Virus record (IMG/VR): IMGVR_UViG_3300017917_001616
Location: 1 to 64,000 of that record
Origin: a virus
Strand: one strand, 5' to 3'
DNA: 64,000 nucleotides
The notes beneath the pieces were generated by a model. That model did no database searches and was not told the DNA's origin. It saw only the letters and a program-made list of their open reading frames with translations. Shown here in pieces: positions 34,954 through 45,074 of this stretch (positions are counted from its first letter, which is position 1; each line of letters begins with the position of its first letter). The position numbers and the translations under genes are program-made.

Positions 34954-35190
34954 ATGCGTTGGAAATCATATCAAGGGCCCAAGTCGGGTGAGAAGCGTGT
35001 AGTAGAATGTTTTGCAATTCTTCCAACAAGACTAGATGATGGTTATACAGTATGGTTAGAAAAATACTATGCTGTAGAAACATGGGATGATGGCACAACT
35101 AGCACTGGGTTCGGTTATTGGAAAACAAATAGCACTTCGTCAGAACATCCACACAAACCTGACACTGGAAGTAATTATCGGAGAACATAA
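34954..35190 (+). CDS. Hypothetical protein
   Basis: 78 aa ORF within an operon. Confidence 0.55.
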   Translation: MRWKSYQGPKSGEKRVVECFAILPTRLDDGYTVWLEKYYAVETWDDGTTSTGFGYWKTNSTSSEHPHKPDTGSNYRRT

Positions 35191-35840
35191 TGACACTAAC
35201 AAGACTAATCGGCGACATTCACGGAATGGTAAATGATTATAAGGCATACTCCATTGGAGATTTCGCCGGGCCTACTATCCAAATAGGAGACTTTGGCATT
35301 GGCTTTGGTCAGAGCGATTACTGGCATGAAAGCGTTAATGAGTTTCACACTATTGGTGGGCATCGTTTTATTCGTGGCAATCACGATAATCCTGCAACTT
35401 GTAAGACAATGTCTGGATATATCCCAGATGGTCTAGTAGAAAACGATGTGATGTTTATCGGCGGCGCATGGAGTATCGATAACCCAAATGCTCCTCCGGG
35501 GTGGTATCGCAGAACTGCTAATTATGACTGGTGGGACGATGAAGAATGTTCGGATAAACAATTTCGACATTTCCTTGAAATTTATGCTACTGTAAAGCCT
35601 CGAGTTATGATTACACATGACTGTCCTGCTAAAGTTTCTTACCCTATGTTTTGGGGAAGCGGCTTTATCAAAGGACCGGTGTATCCTAACCGCACTAGCG
35701 CATGGTTTGATAAGTTTATCGATGTTCACGAGCCTGAAGAATGGTATTTTGGACATTGGCACAAAACCATGGCACACAAACACGGTCGCACAATGTTTCA
35801 GTGTATTGGCGAACTAGATTATATGGATGTAGAGCTATGA
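35190..35840 (+). CDS. Metallophosphoesterase
   Basis: GDIHG, GDFG, GNHD, THDCP, FGHWH motifs. Confidence 0.9.
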   Translation: MTLTRLIGDIHGMVNDYKAYSIGDFAGPTIQIGDFGIGFGQSDYWHESVNEFHTIGGHRFIRGNHDNPATCKTMSGYIPDGLVENDVMFIGGAWSIDNPNAPPGWYRRTANYDWWDDEECSDKQFRHFLEIYATVKPRVMITHDCPAKVSYPMFWGSGFIKGPVYPNRTSAWFDKFIDVHEPEEWYFGHWHKTMAHKHGRTMFQCIGELDYMDVEL

Positions 35841-36013
35841 TACATGGCGGTCATTTGCTGTTATTTTGTATCTTGTTTTGGGTGCTTGTGATTTTCTTTA
35901 GTTTTCAGTATATCGGTTGTTCAAATTACTTACTTATGTGGTATCAAATTACAGAATGTGTGTTGACTACAAATCAAACACCATTCTTTAAGTAAAGATT
36001 ACAATATTTTCTA

Positions 36014-36042
36014 TTGACAACCGAGATGTCTTACACTATATT
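36014..36042 (+). promoter_or_regulatory. Sigma70-like early promoter
   Basis: TTGACA-17-TATATT; spacer gagatgtcttacac. Confidence 0.75.
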
Positions 36043-36072
36043 ATAAGTGTAGACAGCGAAGAGAGGCACTAG

Positions 36073-36468
36073 ATGGCTTGGGGCGATTTCGAAACTGCGG
36101 TCGGTAAAGAAGTTGGCATCGTTCGTCGTAACCGTTCCTATGGCGGCTTGTCGCTTGCCAAGTTTGGCACTGTGACCAAGATCAACGGTCATGGTCACAT
36201 TTTTGTCAAAGCTGGAGATAAAGAATTTCGTTTCACTCGGCGGGGCGATGCTTACAAAGATAATTGGGGCCCGCACTTGTGTCATGCAGATCAGCTTCGT
36301 GAAGAAGTTGCTCGTGAAGAACGGCGTAAAGCAGTCAACACTGTTGCTCGTGAGATTGAGCAGACGCTGAAGAATGGTTGGGGATACAGCGGCACGTTTC
36401 ATGCTAGTAAAGAAACTGTTGCTGAACTCGAAGCACTCGTTGCTAAACTTAAAGAAAATGTAAAATAA
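36073..36468 (+). CDS. Hypothetical early protein
   Basis: GAGG SD downstream of a promoter. Confidence 0.7.
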   Translation: MAWGDFETAVGKEVGIVRRNRSYGGLSLAKFGTVTKINGHGHIFVKAGDKEFRFTRRGDAYKDNWGPHLCHADQLREEVAREERRKAVNTVAREIEQTLKNGWGYSGTFHASKETVAELEALVAKLKENVK

Positions 36469-36858
36469 ATGGAACCTAGACTTTATATCATTATGCGCCG
36501 TGACCTGTGGGATATGAACCCAGGTAAAGGTATGGCACAAGCCGCTCACGCTCAAGCAGACTTTGACGCACATCTGTTTCCAATGGATATTCCAGATGCA
36601 GATGAATTTCAAGCTGCTGTAATGGCTTGGCGTGAAAACCGTAATTTTGGCACCACGCTAGTTCTTCACGAACCGCTTGATAAGTTTGGGCTGATTTCGA
36701 TGAATGTAGCACATTGGGGATTCGTCACTGATCCTACATATCCATACCGTAACTACTACGGCGAAGTGTTTACTCGCAGCGAAGTTACTTGCATGTGGGT
36801 ATTTGTGTATACAGAGGAAGAACTGGAATATATGCGTCAATGGGATCTACATAAGTGA
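36469..36858 (+). CDS. Peptidyl-tRNA hydrolase, Pth2 family
   Basis: YIIMRRDL..MNPGK.MAQAAHA, V.D...T motif. Confidence 0.8.
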   Translation: MEPRLYIIMRRDLWDMNPGKGMAQAAHAQADFDAHLFPMDIPDADEFQAAVMAWRENRNFGTTLVLHEPLDKFGLISMNVAHWGFVTDPTYPYRNYYGEVFTRSEVTCMWVFVYTEEELEYMRQWDLHK

Positions 36859-37226
36859 GTGAAGATATATACCAATTCCTAGCTTGCGATTACTATGCCA
36901 CCGGTGAAGGGAGAACTATTATGCTTCTTATCACTCGTGCATATCCACGATCAGACGACTACGAATATCACGGACATATTGACGAAAATGGCCAATGGGT
37001 CAGCGGCAAACTAAAAGATCATCATACGCCTAAGGTGATTGCTGCTAAAGAATTTATCGAACAGTTCGGTGACTATTTTGCACAAGGGGCTGAAAACCTG
37101 CCACGGGAAGAATTTTTAAAACGATTTGGACATCACCTTCCGGAATATATTAAAAAGATGCTATCAGAATCTGATCAGCCAGGAAATTTGCATTTTGTGC
37201 AATCATTCCATTTTAACTTTTCATGA
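36855..37226 (+). CDS. Hypothetical protein
   Basis: ORF coupled to the Pth2 gene. Confidence 0.6.
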   Translation: MSEDIYQFLACDYYATGEGRTIMLLITRAYPRSDDYEYHGHIDENGQWVSGKLKDHHTPKVIAAKEFIEQFGDYFAQGAENLPREEFLKRFGHHLPEYIKKMLSESDQPGNLHFVQSFHFNFS

Positions 37227-37281
37227 TGCCATAAATATCCTTATACGTTTAATCGTATAATCAATCATGTGAGGATACCAA

Positions 37282-37506
37282 ATGAAAGCTCTTTCTACTT
37301 TTACCAGTGATTGCGGCAGCAAAAAAGCTGTTATTCGCATTTCAAAAGAAACTCTTGTAGTTGACTTTTATCACAACGGACAACGTATCGGAGAAATCGA
37401 ATACCCTAATTACAGTTATCCTTATGTAAGAGATGCTGCTGATAATTGGGTAACCGGTGTTATGACCGAAGAGACAATTCAAAAATATTCACAATTTGCT
37501 GCATAA
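37282..37506 (+). CDS. Hypothetical protein
   Basis: GAGGA SD. Confidence 0.6.
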   Translation: MKALSTFTSDCGSKKAVIRISKETLVVDFYHNGQRIGEIEYPNYSYPYVRDAADNWVTGVMTEETIQKYSQFAA

Positions 37507-37511
37507 ACAGG

Positions 37512-37540
37512 TTGACATTCAAGAGCTCTTACACTATATA
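37512..37540 (+). promoter_or_regulatory. Sigma70-like early promoter, copy of 13161
   Basis: ttgacattcaagagctcttacactatata. Confidence 0.8.
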
Positions 37541-37565
37541 TAACATGTAGACAGCGAAACAAAGG

Positions 37566-38003
37566 GTGATGCAGATGACCTATACCTTCGATGAGCAGAT
37601 CGTTTCCGACCTTCACAAAGACGCCTACGGTTATCGTCCTTCCTCTTACTGGTGGAGCCTGTGGATGACCTCCACAGACGACGAGAAGCAGTCGACTTGG
37701 GACAACCTACTTGTTGAACTTCGCCACTCGATGGACGAAGAGCGTGATCGTCACGCTCGTGCCGAAGCTCGTTTTGGCGAGCTTATTGCTAAGAATATGC
37801 AGCTCGGTGCCCGAGACGAAGAGACCGCCGTCCGTTGGATCCTCGACGCCGAAGAACTGAGTGACGTGGACCGGATGTATGGCTCGGACTATGTGGCCTA
37901 CCTGTTCGACCTGCCCTACAAGGGCCGCTACGATAACATGATCCAAACGGTGCTGGCAGGGATGGAACCTGCCCGCCGCATCGCTGAAGAAGTCGACCTC
38001 TAA
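37566..38003 (+). CDS. Hypothetical early protein (GC-rich codons)
   Basis: SDLHKDAYGYRP motif. Confidence 0.7.
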   Translation: MMQMTYTFDEQIVSDLHKDAYGYRPSSYWWSLWMTSTDDEKQSTWDNLLVELRHSMDEERDRHARAEARFGELIAKNMQLGARDEETAVRWILDAEELSDVDRMYGSDYVAYLFDLPYKGRYDNMIQTVLAGMEPARRIAEEVDL

Positions 38004-38018
38004 CCAAAGGAACACACC

Positions 38019-38246
38019 GTGAACGTCTCCGATAAGCGACTGAACACTCTGATCGACAATTCCATCAACGCCGCAATGGCTGTGCTTACTGTGGGTCTGC
38101 CTGAGTTCCCCAAAGCCTTGCTGAAACAACTGCGAGAGGATATCGAGATGCACCTCTCGGACACAATCGAAAGCCACGTGGCTGGGCTGACCGAAGAAGA
38201 GTATCGCAAGCCCAAAGAACCGCACCCGTTTGAGGCTGAAGAATAA
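38019..38246 (+). CDS. Hypothetical protein
   Basis: AAGGA SD, GTG start. Confidence 0.55.
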   Translation: MNVSDKRLNTLIDNSINAAMAVLTVGLPEFPKALLKQLREDIEMHLSDTIESHVAGLTEEEYRKPKEPHPFEAEE

Positions 38247-38313
38247 CGGTTGACAACCACGCAGAATGCGTGTTAACTTAGTATTATAGCTGGACAAGAA
38301 AACCTAGGATAAG

Positions 38314-39015
38314 ATGAAAATGAAAGTATCTAAGACTACGTATAACACAGATTCGGTTCTTGCGCTGTCTGTTGCAATTGACCGTGAACAAGGCTTTATT
38401 AAGAGCGGGTTTGGATACTACGATTACGGTCGTGGAGTTCAAATTCATGATAACAAAACAGCTATCTCGCTGGCACTTACTGCAACGGAAAAAACTGTTG
38501 TCGTAACTGACGAAGACCGTGAGCTTGCACAAGTGATTAAAACTTCTTTCAAAGAAGAACTCATTGCTAAGAAGCTAATGAATAAGCTGAACCAGTTCGA
38601 GGAAAGCGTTCTTAATTCTATTGCAAATGATAATGTAGATAACTTTGGGGTTAGCATTCTTGCAAGCCTGCCCAATAGTTATCGTGTGCAAAAGAAGCGG
38701 CAGACCCTGGACAACTGGTTTGATGCACACCGTGCTACTAGTGAGTTTGTTGGAAAGATCGGCGACCGTGTGAAATTTGAAGTCGAAGTTAAGGATGTCA
38801 AGTTCATTGCCAAGTTTGGCATTCACCTTGTTACTTGCATCAACGATGATGGTAACATCGTAAAATTCTTCTTCAATCGGGAACCTGACATTGCAGGGCT
38901 GCTCGAAGGCAAGCGCATTGTTCTGACCGGCAAAGTTAAGACACACGATGTTAGCAAGTTTAGCGACTGTAAAGAAACAGTGCTGAATTATGTAAAGATC
39001 GAAAATAAAGGTTGA
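38314..39015 (+). CDS. Hypothetical protein with C-terminal OB-fold-like region
   Basis: SEFVGKIGDR...GKVK.H...ETVLNYV. Confidence 0.6.
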   Translation: MKMKVSKTTYNTDSVLALSVAIDREQGFIKSGFGYYDYGRGVQIHDNKTAISLALTATEKTVVVTDEDRELAQVIKTSFKEELIAKKLMNKLNQFEESVLNSIANDNVDNFGVSILASLPNSYRVQKKRQTLDNWFDAHRATSEFVGKIGDRVKFEVEVKDVKFIAKFGIHLVTCINDDGNIVKFFFNREPDIAGLLEGKRIVLTGKVKTHDVSKFSDCKETVLNYVKIENKG

Positions 39016-39071
39016 CTCTACTGTCGCATATGTTAATGTAAATTGTAGGCAGAAAAAAGAGGGTGACACCG

Positions 39072-40082
39072 ATGCAAAAAGTTCTAGTTCATAGCGGCAG
39101 CTATCGCAATCTTGAGATTAAGGATACCGTTTTTACTTTGGTTAAAGAATACACAGAAGGCAAAGACAGCAACTACATTACTGTCGACGGTGCTGAACAC
39201 GCCGGTCTTCCGAATTCCAAAGTTCGTATCAAAGTAAATCCTGAGGACTTCGAAATTCTCGAGGGCGAATACGAAGCACCGCACCCTGTCAAAGCTAAGG
39301 CAGAGTCGGACGAAGAGATTATGGATCGGCTTCGTGAACGATTCCAGATCCTAGACGACATGAGCTATGCTGCATGTGACGGTGTTGTGCGGGGTATGAT
39401 TGTTTCAGGTCCTCCGGGCGTGGGTAAATCATATGGCGTCGAGAAAGTCATGCGTGAAGCAGAAATGATGAACAAGATGAGCGGCAGTCAAAGCACTACC
39501 GGGCGTAAGTTCGGTGTAGAGAAGGGTGCTGCTAGTCCGATCGGCTTGTATAAACTGCTTTACGAATACTCGGGTGCAGGCAGTGTGCTTGTTATGGACG
39601 ACTGCGATAGTGTGCTGTATGACGAACAGTCGCTGAACTTGCTCAAGGCAGCACTGGACAGCGGCACCAAGCGTTGGTTGAGCTGGCGTTCAGAAAGCCG
39701 TGTGCTTAAAAATGAAGGCATCCCTGACAAGTTTGAGTTCAAGGGTTCGATCATCTTTATTACCAACCTTAAGTTCGATAAAGTAAAAGGTAAAATTGGT
39801 CACCATCTTGAGGCTGTCATGTCACGTTGTCACTATATTGATCTCACTATCGAGACCTTCCGTGACAAGTTTCTTCGCTGCCGTCAAATTGTGCAAGATG
39901 GTATGCTGTATCAATACGGATTTAATCAAGTAGAGCAAGACGAACTGCTAGATTACATTTACGATAACCGGAACAAGTTGCGTGAAATCAGCTTGCGTAT
40001 GGTTCTAAAAATTGCCGATCTCAAGAAGATGAACGGCAATAAATGGAAACGTTATGCAGAGACGACCTGCATGAGGCGTTAA
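39072..40082 (+). CDS. AAA+ ATPase
   Basis: Walker A GPPGVGKS, Walker B VMDDCD, FITN sensor, SR finger. Confidence 0.85.
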   Translation: MQKVLVHSGSYRNLEIKDTVFTLVKEYTEGKDSNYITVDGAEHAGLPNSKVRIKVNPEDFEILEGEYEAPHPVKAKAESDEEIMDRLRERFQILDDMSYAACDGVVRGMIVSGPPGVGKSYGVEKVMREAEMMNKMSGSQSTTGRKFGVEKGAASPIGLYKLLYEYSGAGSVLVMDDCDSVLYDEQSLNLLKAALDSGTKRWLSWRSESRVLKNEGIPDKFEFKGSIIFITNLKFDKVKGKIGHHLEAVMSRCHYIDLTIETFRDKFLRCRQIVQDGMLYQYGFNQVEQDELLDYIYDNRNKLREISLRMVLKIADLKKMNGNKWKRYAETTCMRR

Positions 40083-40150
40083 TCCAGACCGCTCCGGCAG
40101 TGGCTCCTCTGTCACTGTCACTCTCACTCAACCACTGTCGGGGCTACCTA

Positions 40151-40184
40151 AGGGCTAGTAAGATGTCTTACTAGCCCTTCTTTT
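40151..40184 (+). terminator. Terminator hairpin
   Basis: agggctagtaag-atgt-cttactagccct plus T run. Confidence 0.75.
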
Positions 40185-40240
40185 ATATAAGTATTTACGT
40201 AAAGATTGACAAATATTAACAGTTGCTTTATATTGATAAA

Positions 40241-41743
40241 ATGAAGTGTAACATTATTTTAAAAGACGAAGTTAATTGTAAAATAGAAAACCTGCAATTA
40301 ACAACTCGTCGCAAATTAGAAAAAAAACTAAAGTTTCTCTTACCGTATGCGTTTCATAGTCCTGCATATAAACTAGGGCGTTGGGATGGCTGTGTAGGCT
40401 TTTTCACTACGGGCGGTAATACTTTTATCAACTGTTTGCCTACCATTCTGCCTGTGTTAGAGGAAGATGGTTACAGTATTGATATTGAAGATCAGAGAAC
40501 ACCGTGGAAACTTGAATTTCCAGAAATACAAGAAGACCATTTTAGTCATAAAGTCTGGCCTGCAAAACACCCTGCTGCAGGTGAGCCTGTTGTGTTGCGA
40601 GACTATCAGGTTGAGATTATTAACAAGTTTTTAGCTAACCCACAATCGCTACAGGAGATTGCAACAGGCGCTGGGAAAACATTGATTACTGCCGCATTGA
40701 GCAACTTAGTTGAAACTTCAATTGATCTTGATACTAAAGTGCAACTAAAACTGTCAACAGGCAAAAGCGGCGCTCGTAGTATTGTAGTTGTCCCCAATAA
40801 AGACCTTGTTGTCCAGACCGAAGCAGATTACATCAACTTAGGGCTAGATGTGGGTGTATACTTTGGTGACCGCAAAGACTTAAACAAAACACATACAATT
40901 TGCACTTGGCAAAGTCTTAACGTTATCGACAAGAGATTTAAAGACGGCGAAAGCGACTACAGTTTAGCAGATTTTGCAGAAGGTGTAGTTTGTATTATTG
41001 TAGACGAAGTTCACCAAGCAAAAGCAGATGTATTAAAAAAGCTACTAACAGGGCCGTTTAGTAACATACCAATACGTTGGGGACTGACAGGAACCGTTCC
41101 TAAAGAGCAGTGGGAACGACTATCGCTTGAAGTTAGCTTAGGCGAAGTTGTTCATCAGTTAGCAGCAAGTGAACTGCAAGAGCAAGGAGTTCTTGCACAA
41201 TGCGAAGTTAATATATTACAGTTACAAGACAACGTTACATATAATAACTACCAAAGCGAACTTACTTATCTTACCACTAACGCACAACGGCTAGATTACT
41301 TAGCAAATCTTATACAAACGTTAGCCCAAGACGGAAACACGTTAGTTCTTGTTGACCGTATCAAAACAGGCGAAGGTCTATTAGAACGGCTAGGCGACGA
41401 TGTAGTGTTTATTAGCGGTAGTATGAAAAGCAAAGATCGTAAAGACGAGTATGATGGAGTATCGGAAGCAAACAACAAGATCATCGTCGCTACATATGGT
41501 GTAGCGGCAGTTGGTATTAACATACCAAGAATTTTCAATCTTGTATTACTTGAACCAGGTAAAAGTTTTGTAAGAGTTATCCAAAGTATTGGTCGTGGTA
41601 TCCGTAAAGCAAAAGATAAAGATAGTGTCCGTATATGGGATATTACTAGCAGTGCAAAGTTCAGCAAGCGACATTTAACTGAACGTAAAAAATTCTACAA
41701 AGAAGCGAATTATCCTTTTGTAGTAGACAAGGTAAACTATTAA
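40241..41743 (+). CDS. uvsW: UvsW-like SF2 DNA helicase
   Basis: LRDYQ, ATGAGKT, DEVH, LTGT, GINIP, QSIGRGIR. Confidence 0.9.
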   Translation: MKCNIILKDEVNCKIENLQLTTRRKLEKKLKFLLPYAFHSPAYKLGRWDGCVGFFTTGGNTFINCLPTILPVLEEDGYSIDIEDQRTPWKLEFPEIQEDHFSHKVWPAKHPAAGEPVVLRDYQVEIINKFLANPQSLQEIATGAGKTLITAALSNLVETSIDLDTKVQLKLSTGKSGARSIVVVPNKDLVVQTEADYINLGLDVGVYFGDRKDLNKTHTICTWQSLNVIDKRFKDGESDYSLADFAEGVVCIIVDEVHQAKADVLKKLLTGPFSNIPIRWGLTGTVPKEQWERLSLEVSLGEVVHQLAASELQEQGVLAQCEVNILQLQDNVTYNNYQSELTYLTTNAQRLDYLANLIQTLAQDGNTLVLVDRIKTGEGLLERLGDDVVFISGSMKSKDRKDEYDGVSEANNKIIVATYGVAAVGINIPRIFNLVLLEPGKSFVRVIQSIGRGIRKAKDKDSVRIWDITSSAKFSKRHLTERKKFYKEANYPFVVDKVNY

Positions 41744-42243
41744 TGAAAATTTTAACAGTAGAAAATAAGCCATACGACTTAGATTACGTCCCGGAAGAAA
41801 TTGACGATATCCGATACTGTGTGTTAGACTATAGCGATAAGGATAATGCAGATTACATATTTGTGCCGCTTGTCTTTTTGGAAAGTTTCAATAGTCCGGC
41901 TGCAGTATTGAGGTTAGGAAAACACACGATAACTGTTCCACTAGATTGGAGTCTTATAGTATGTGACCCCGAAGTAGGCGATCCGGAAGTGTTGCCTATT
42001 ACAAGTTTAAACGACAGGGGATTTAAAGCATTCTTGTTTAACCCGATTACAGGATTTATTCCAGATTTTGTAGAAATTGAAATTGTCAATATATACCAAG
42101 ATATGAGATGGTATTTTCCTAAACTAAAGTATGGACATATTTTAACTATTCCTGTTCAAACAACAGATAACCCGAAGTGTGCATTTTTTGTTAAAGAGAC
42201 AAGCAAAGTGCCGGACGTATTAAGCACAGATGACCTATGGTAA
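41743..42243 (+). CDS. Conserved hypothetical protein
   Basis: 166 aa ORF coupled to uvsW. Confidence 0.65.
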   Translation: MKILTVENKPYDLDYVPEEIDDIRYCVLDYSDKDNADYIFVPLVFLESFNSPAAVLRLGKHTITVPLDWSLIVCDPEVGDPEVLPITSLNDRGFKAFLFNPITGFIPDFVEIEIVNIYQDMRWYFPKLKYGHILTIPVQTTDNPKCAFFVKETSKVPDVLSTDDLW

Positions 42244-42701
42244 ACAAACTAGACATCAAAGAAGAGATGCGAGCAATAGATTGCCGAGACAAGTCTTGGT
42301 GGGATAGCTTAACAGAAGAAGAACAAGGCAAAGTTAGTATCTTTGTTCTTATGCGATATACTAGTGCTGTTGATAGCAAAAACTTCGACATCCAAGCGCA
42401 TTATTTGACAATGACAAATGAATTTGTTAATGTTCATAATAATATATTGCGCCATCATCCGCAACTGCAGCATCAGTTACTACAACTGGTGGGCATAGGG
42501 GCACCGCAGTATCACCCTTGGATTGCGCCAGGTAAACGTGGTAAGAAAAACAAATTACTAGAATGGCTTGCTGCACAATATCCAATATATAATGACGATG
42601 AGCTAGATTTACTTGTTGCAACAAACACTAAAGAAGATTTGATCGATTTAATGGAGCAACAAGGCATGACTACTAAGGAAATTAAAGAACTGTTCAAATG
42701 A
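42237..42701 (+). CDS. Clamp-loader small subunit-like (T4 gp62-like)
   Basis: LMRY.S, NE.VN, HPQLQ..LL, W pattern; replication-gene context. Confidence 0.55.
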   Translation: MVNKLDIKEEMRAIDCRDKSWWDSLTEEEQGKVSIFVLMRYTSAVDSKNFDIQAHYLTMTNEFVNVHNNILRHHPQLQHQLLQLVGIGAPQYHPWIAPGKRGKKNKLLEWLAAQYPIYNDDELDLLVATNTKEDLIDLMEQQGMTTKEIKELFK

Positions 42702-43348
42702 TTACATGTGAATACTGCAAACAAACATTTAAAACAGAGCGCACCGCAGCGGTGCATATGTGTGATAAAAAACGCAGATGGATGCAAAAGTCTATGCCCG
42801 AATCAATTGCCGGATTCGATGCATTTGATTTGTTTTATAGGTTGGGTATGCAAAGTAAACCTAAAACATTTGATGACTTTGCAAATAGTCAGTATTATAG
42901 TGCATTTGTTAAATTTGGTAGTTATTGTATTAACACTCGTGTTATTGATGCTGAAGCATATGCCCGTTGGCTAATCCGTAATCAAGCAAAACTTAAAGAT
43001 TGGCCCACTGATCGAATGTATGGATTATTTGTCAAAGAACATTTGAAGAAAGAAACTGTAGAACGGGCATTAGAACGTTTTGTAGAACATGCAAGCGAGC
43101 TATCGTATTTCGATACATTTTGGGAAGATGCGAGCGGATATTTAATTGCAGATTGGACAGAAACTGGAAAAATTAGTCCATGGCTACTTATATGCAGTAA
43201 ACGTGGTCAAGCTGCAATTGAGCGCCTTAATAACGAACAACTAGACAGAGTAGCAGCATGTGTTGATGCTGACTACTGGGCCCGTAAACGTGATCTTAAT
43301 CCAGCAGATGCTGCATGGGTCAGCCATATTATTGATGGGACAACATAA
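42698..43348 (+). CDS. Zn-finger hypothetical protein
   Basis: CEYC...H.C N-terminus. Confidence 0.6.
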   Translation: MITCEYCKQTFKTERTAAVHMCDKKRRWMQKSMPESIAGFDAFDLFYRLGMQSKPKTFDDFANSQYYSAFVKFGSYCINTRVIDAEAYARWLIRNQAKLKDWPTDRMYGLFVKEHLKKETVERALERFVEHASELSYFDTFWEDASGYLIADWTETGKISPWLLICSKRGQAAIERLNNEQLDRVAACVDADYWARKRDLNPADAAWVSHIIDGTT

Positions 43349-43905
43349 TGGATATTGATATCGACTTAGCAAATCGTAACGACATTTTGAAATTACTTAA
43401 ACATGTTCCTGCAAGACTAGGAGACCGTAAACATAACACAGGTGTTTATTTTCATCGTGTCCCAGTTGATCCTTTTAAAAATGTTTGCACAATAGATCAT
43501 AAAGATGGTGAGGGTCACGGTTATTTTAAAATCGACTTGCTCAATGTAAATATATATAAAGAAGTTCAAAACGAAACACATCTTAACACATTAATGAATA
43601 CTGAGCCATTATGGGAATTATTAGAACACGACGAATTTTGCTCGCAAGTATTTCACTTAGCAGGTAACGAAGATTTAGTAAAACGGCTAGCGCCTAAGAA
43701 TTTAGAACAATTAGCTGTTACTTTGGCATTGATTAGACCGTCGAAACGATACTTAACAAGAGATATTGATTGGAATCGTATACAAAAGGAAGTATGGCTC
43801 AAACCCTCGGACGGTAGTTATTATTTTAAAAAGGCACACGCCTTTAGTTATGCAATGGCAGTAGTAGTGCATATGAATTTGATATGTGAAAAGTTACAAA
43901 GGTAA
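43348..43905 (+). CDS. Miniature DNA polymerase III alpha (DnaE) catalytic-core fragment
   Basis: DIDID, H.TGV, GYFKIDLL, LALIRP, Y.FKKAHA.SY motifs. Confidence 0.8.
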   Translation: MDIDIDLANRNDILKLLKHVPARLGDRKHNTGVYFHRVPVDPFKNVCTIDHKDGEGHGYFKIDLLNVNIYKEVQNETHLNTLMNTEPLWELLEHDEFCSQVFHLAGNEDLVKRLAPKNLEQLAVTLALIRPSKRYLTRDIDWNRIQKEVWLKPSDGSYYFKKAHAFSYAMAVVVHMNLICEKLQR

Positions 43906-43913
43906 ATAAATTT

Positions 43914-44657
43914 ATGGAAGTAGATAGAGAAAAATTTATTAGGGAAATAACAGATATTGGATTTACTACACATGAGTCTGTGTTTCCAATTGAAATGATA
44001 CAAGAACTGAATATCTATGCAGAAACATTAAAGCCAGAGCGTGGTCATGACATGAATCATAAATGGCACGGGTGGAATGAAGTTGAAAAATTACAAGATC
44101 CGTTCAGCGTAAATTGGGCATATTACTGGACTCCCCATGCAGAGCACCCTCATATAGAAACAATTAAACAGACGCTGGAACCGTTAGCTGATGCTGCCTT
44201 TGGAAAAGACAATTGGGTATGGCATGTTCAAGATTTCATTACTACTATGCCGGGAATGAATTTTTATAGGCCTCATATTGATACGCCTTATAGATTTAAA
44301 GAATTTCGTTATGCTACCGAGCTGTTAGGGTTGCAGTTTATGGTCATGATGTGCGACTTCAACGAGTGGTCAGGTGCAACAGGTTACGTTCCGGGAACTC
44401 ACAAATATACATATGATGGTATTCATATGCGTGATAAACAAGAAAGTTGGAAAATATTTTTTGGTGATAATTATCAGCAATTTACAGCACCGGCCGGAAG
44501 TTTTGTGTGCTGGCACCCTAGATTAATTCACAGCACTATGCCTAATAGAACTAAACAACCCAGACGTGCGTTGTTAATACATGCTGCGGAACGTGTTACT
44601 GCAAGACGACTAGATGTAATAGATCCGCAAGTAAACAGTGTGTTGAGAACAACCTAA
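43914..44657 (+). CDS. Phytanoyl-CoA dioxygenase-family 2OG-Fe(II) oxygenase
   Basis: PHIDTPY, GAT..VPGTH, H.R..H...N...RR. Confidence 0.85.
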   Translation: MEVDREKFIREITDIGFTTHESVFPIEMIQELNIYAETLKPERGHDMNHKWHGWNEVEKLQDPFSVNWAYYWTPHAEHPHIETIKQTLEPLADAAFGKDNWVWHVQDFITTMPGMNFYRPHIDTPYRFKEFRYATELLGLQFMVMMCDFNEWSGATGYVPGTHKYTYDGIHMRDKQESWKIFFGDNYQQFTAPAGSFVCWHPRLIHSTMPNRTKQPRRALLIHAAERVTARRLDVIDPQVNSVLRTT

Positions 44658-45034
44658 AGTTTTCGTATAAGCTGAATGTTTCTGCGCTTAACCCGGCGCT
44701 GAATAATATTACTCAAACTAACAACAGGCCCGTGTATTACTTCAAAGTCTTTAAGACTGAATGTAACTAATGCGGGCCTAAACTTTTCAAACCGGGCTTT
44801 AAAGATAATGTTGATGGGTATCATCCTGTTGGTCCCCCACCACCATTCCTCGCCTAATTCTAAAAATTCTTTTCGGTCGTCTAATGTCTTAACATTTTCA
44901 AAATTATACATACTTGCTAGATTGTTATCTACATTTTGTATAATACCTATATACTCGTTTCCACCATAAGAAACTAGTGTTAAGAACGGAAAATCATCTA
45001 AAAGTGTTTGATATTTTTTTGGCAGTGTTGTCAT
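44654..45034 (-). CDS. Conserved hypothetical protein
   Basis: Clear minus-strand gene; WWWGTNRMIPINI. Confidence 0.7.
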   Translation of the reverse strand: MTTLPKKYQTLLDDFPFLTLVSYGGNEYIGIIQNVDNNLASMYNFENVKTLDDRKEFLELGEEWWWGTNRMIPINIIFKARFEKFRPALVTFSLKDFEVIHGPVVSLSNIIQRRVKRRNIQLIRKL

Positions 45035-45074
45035 ATTATTACTTAGCAAATAAATAGTATTGGAGATTTAAAAA

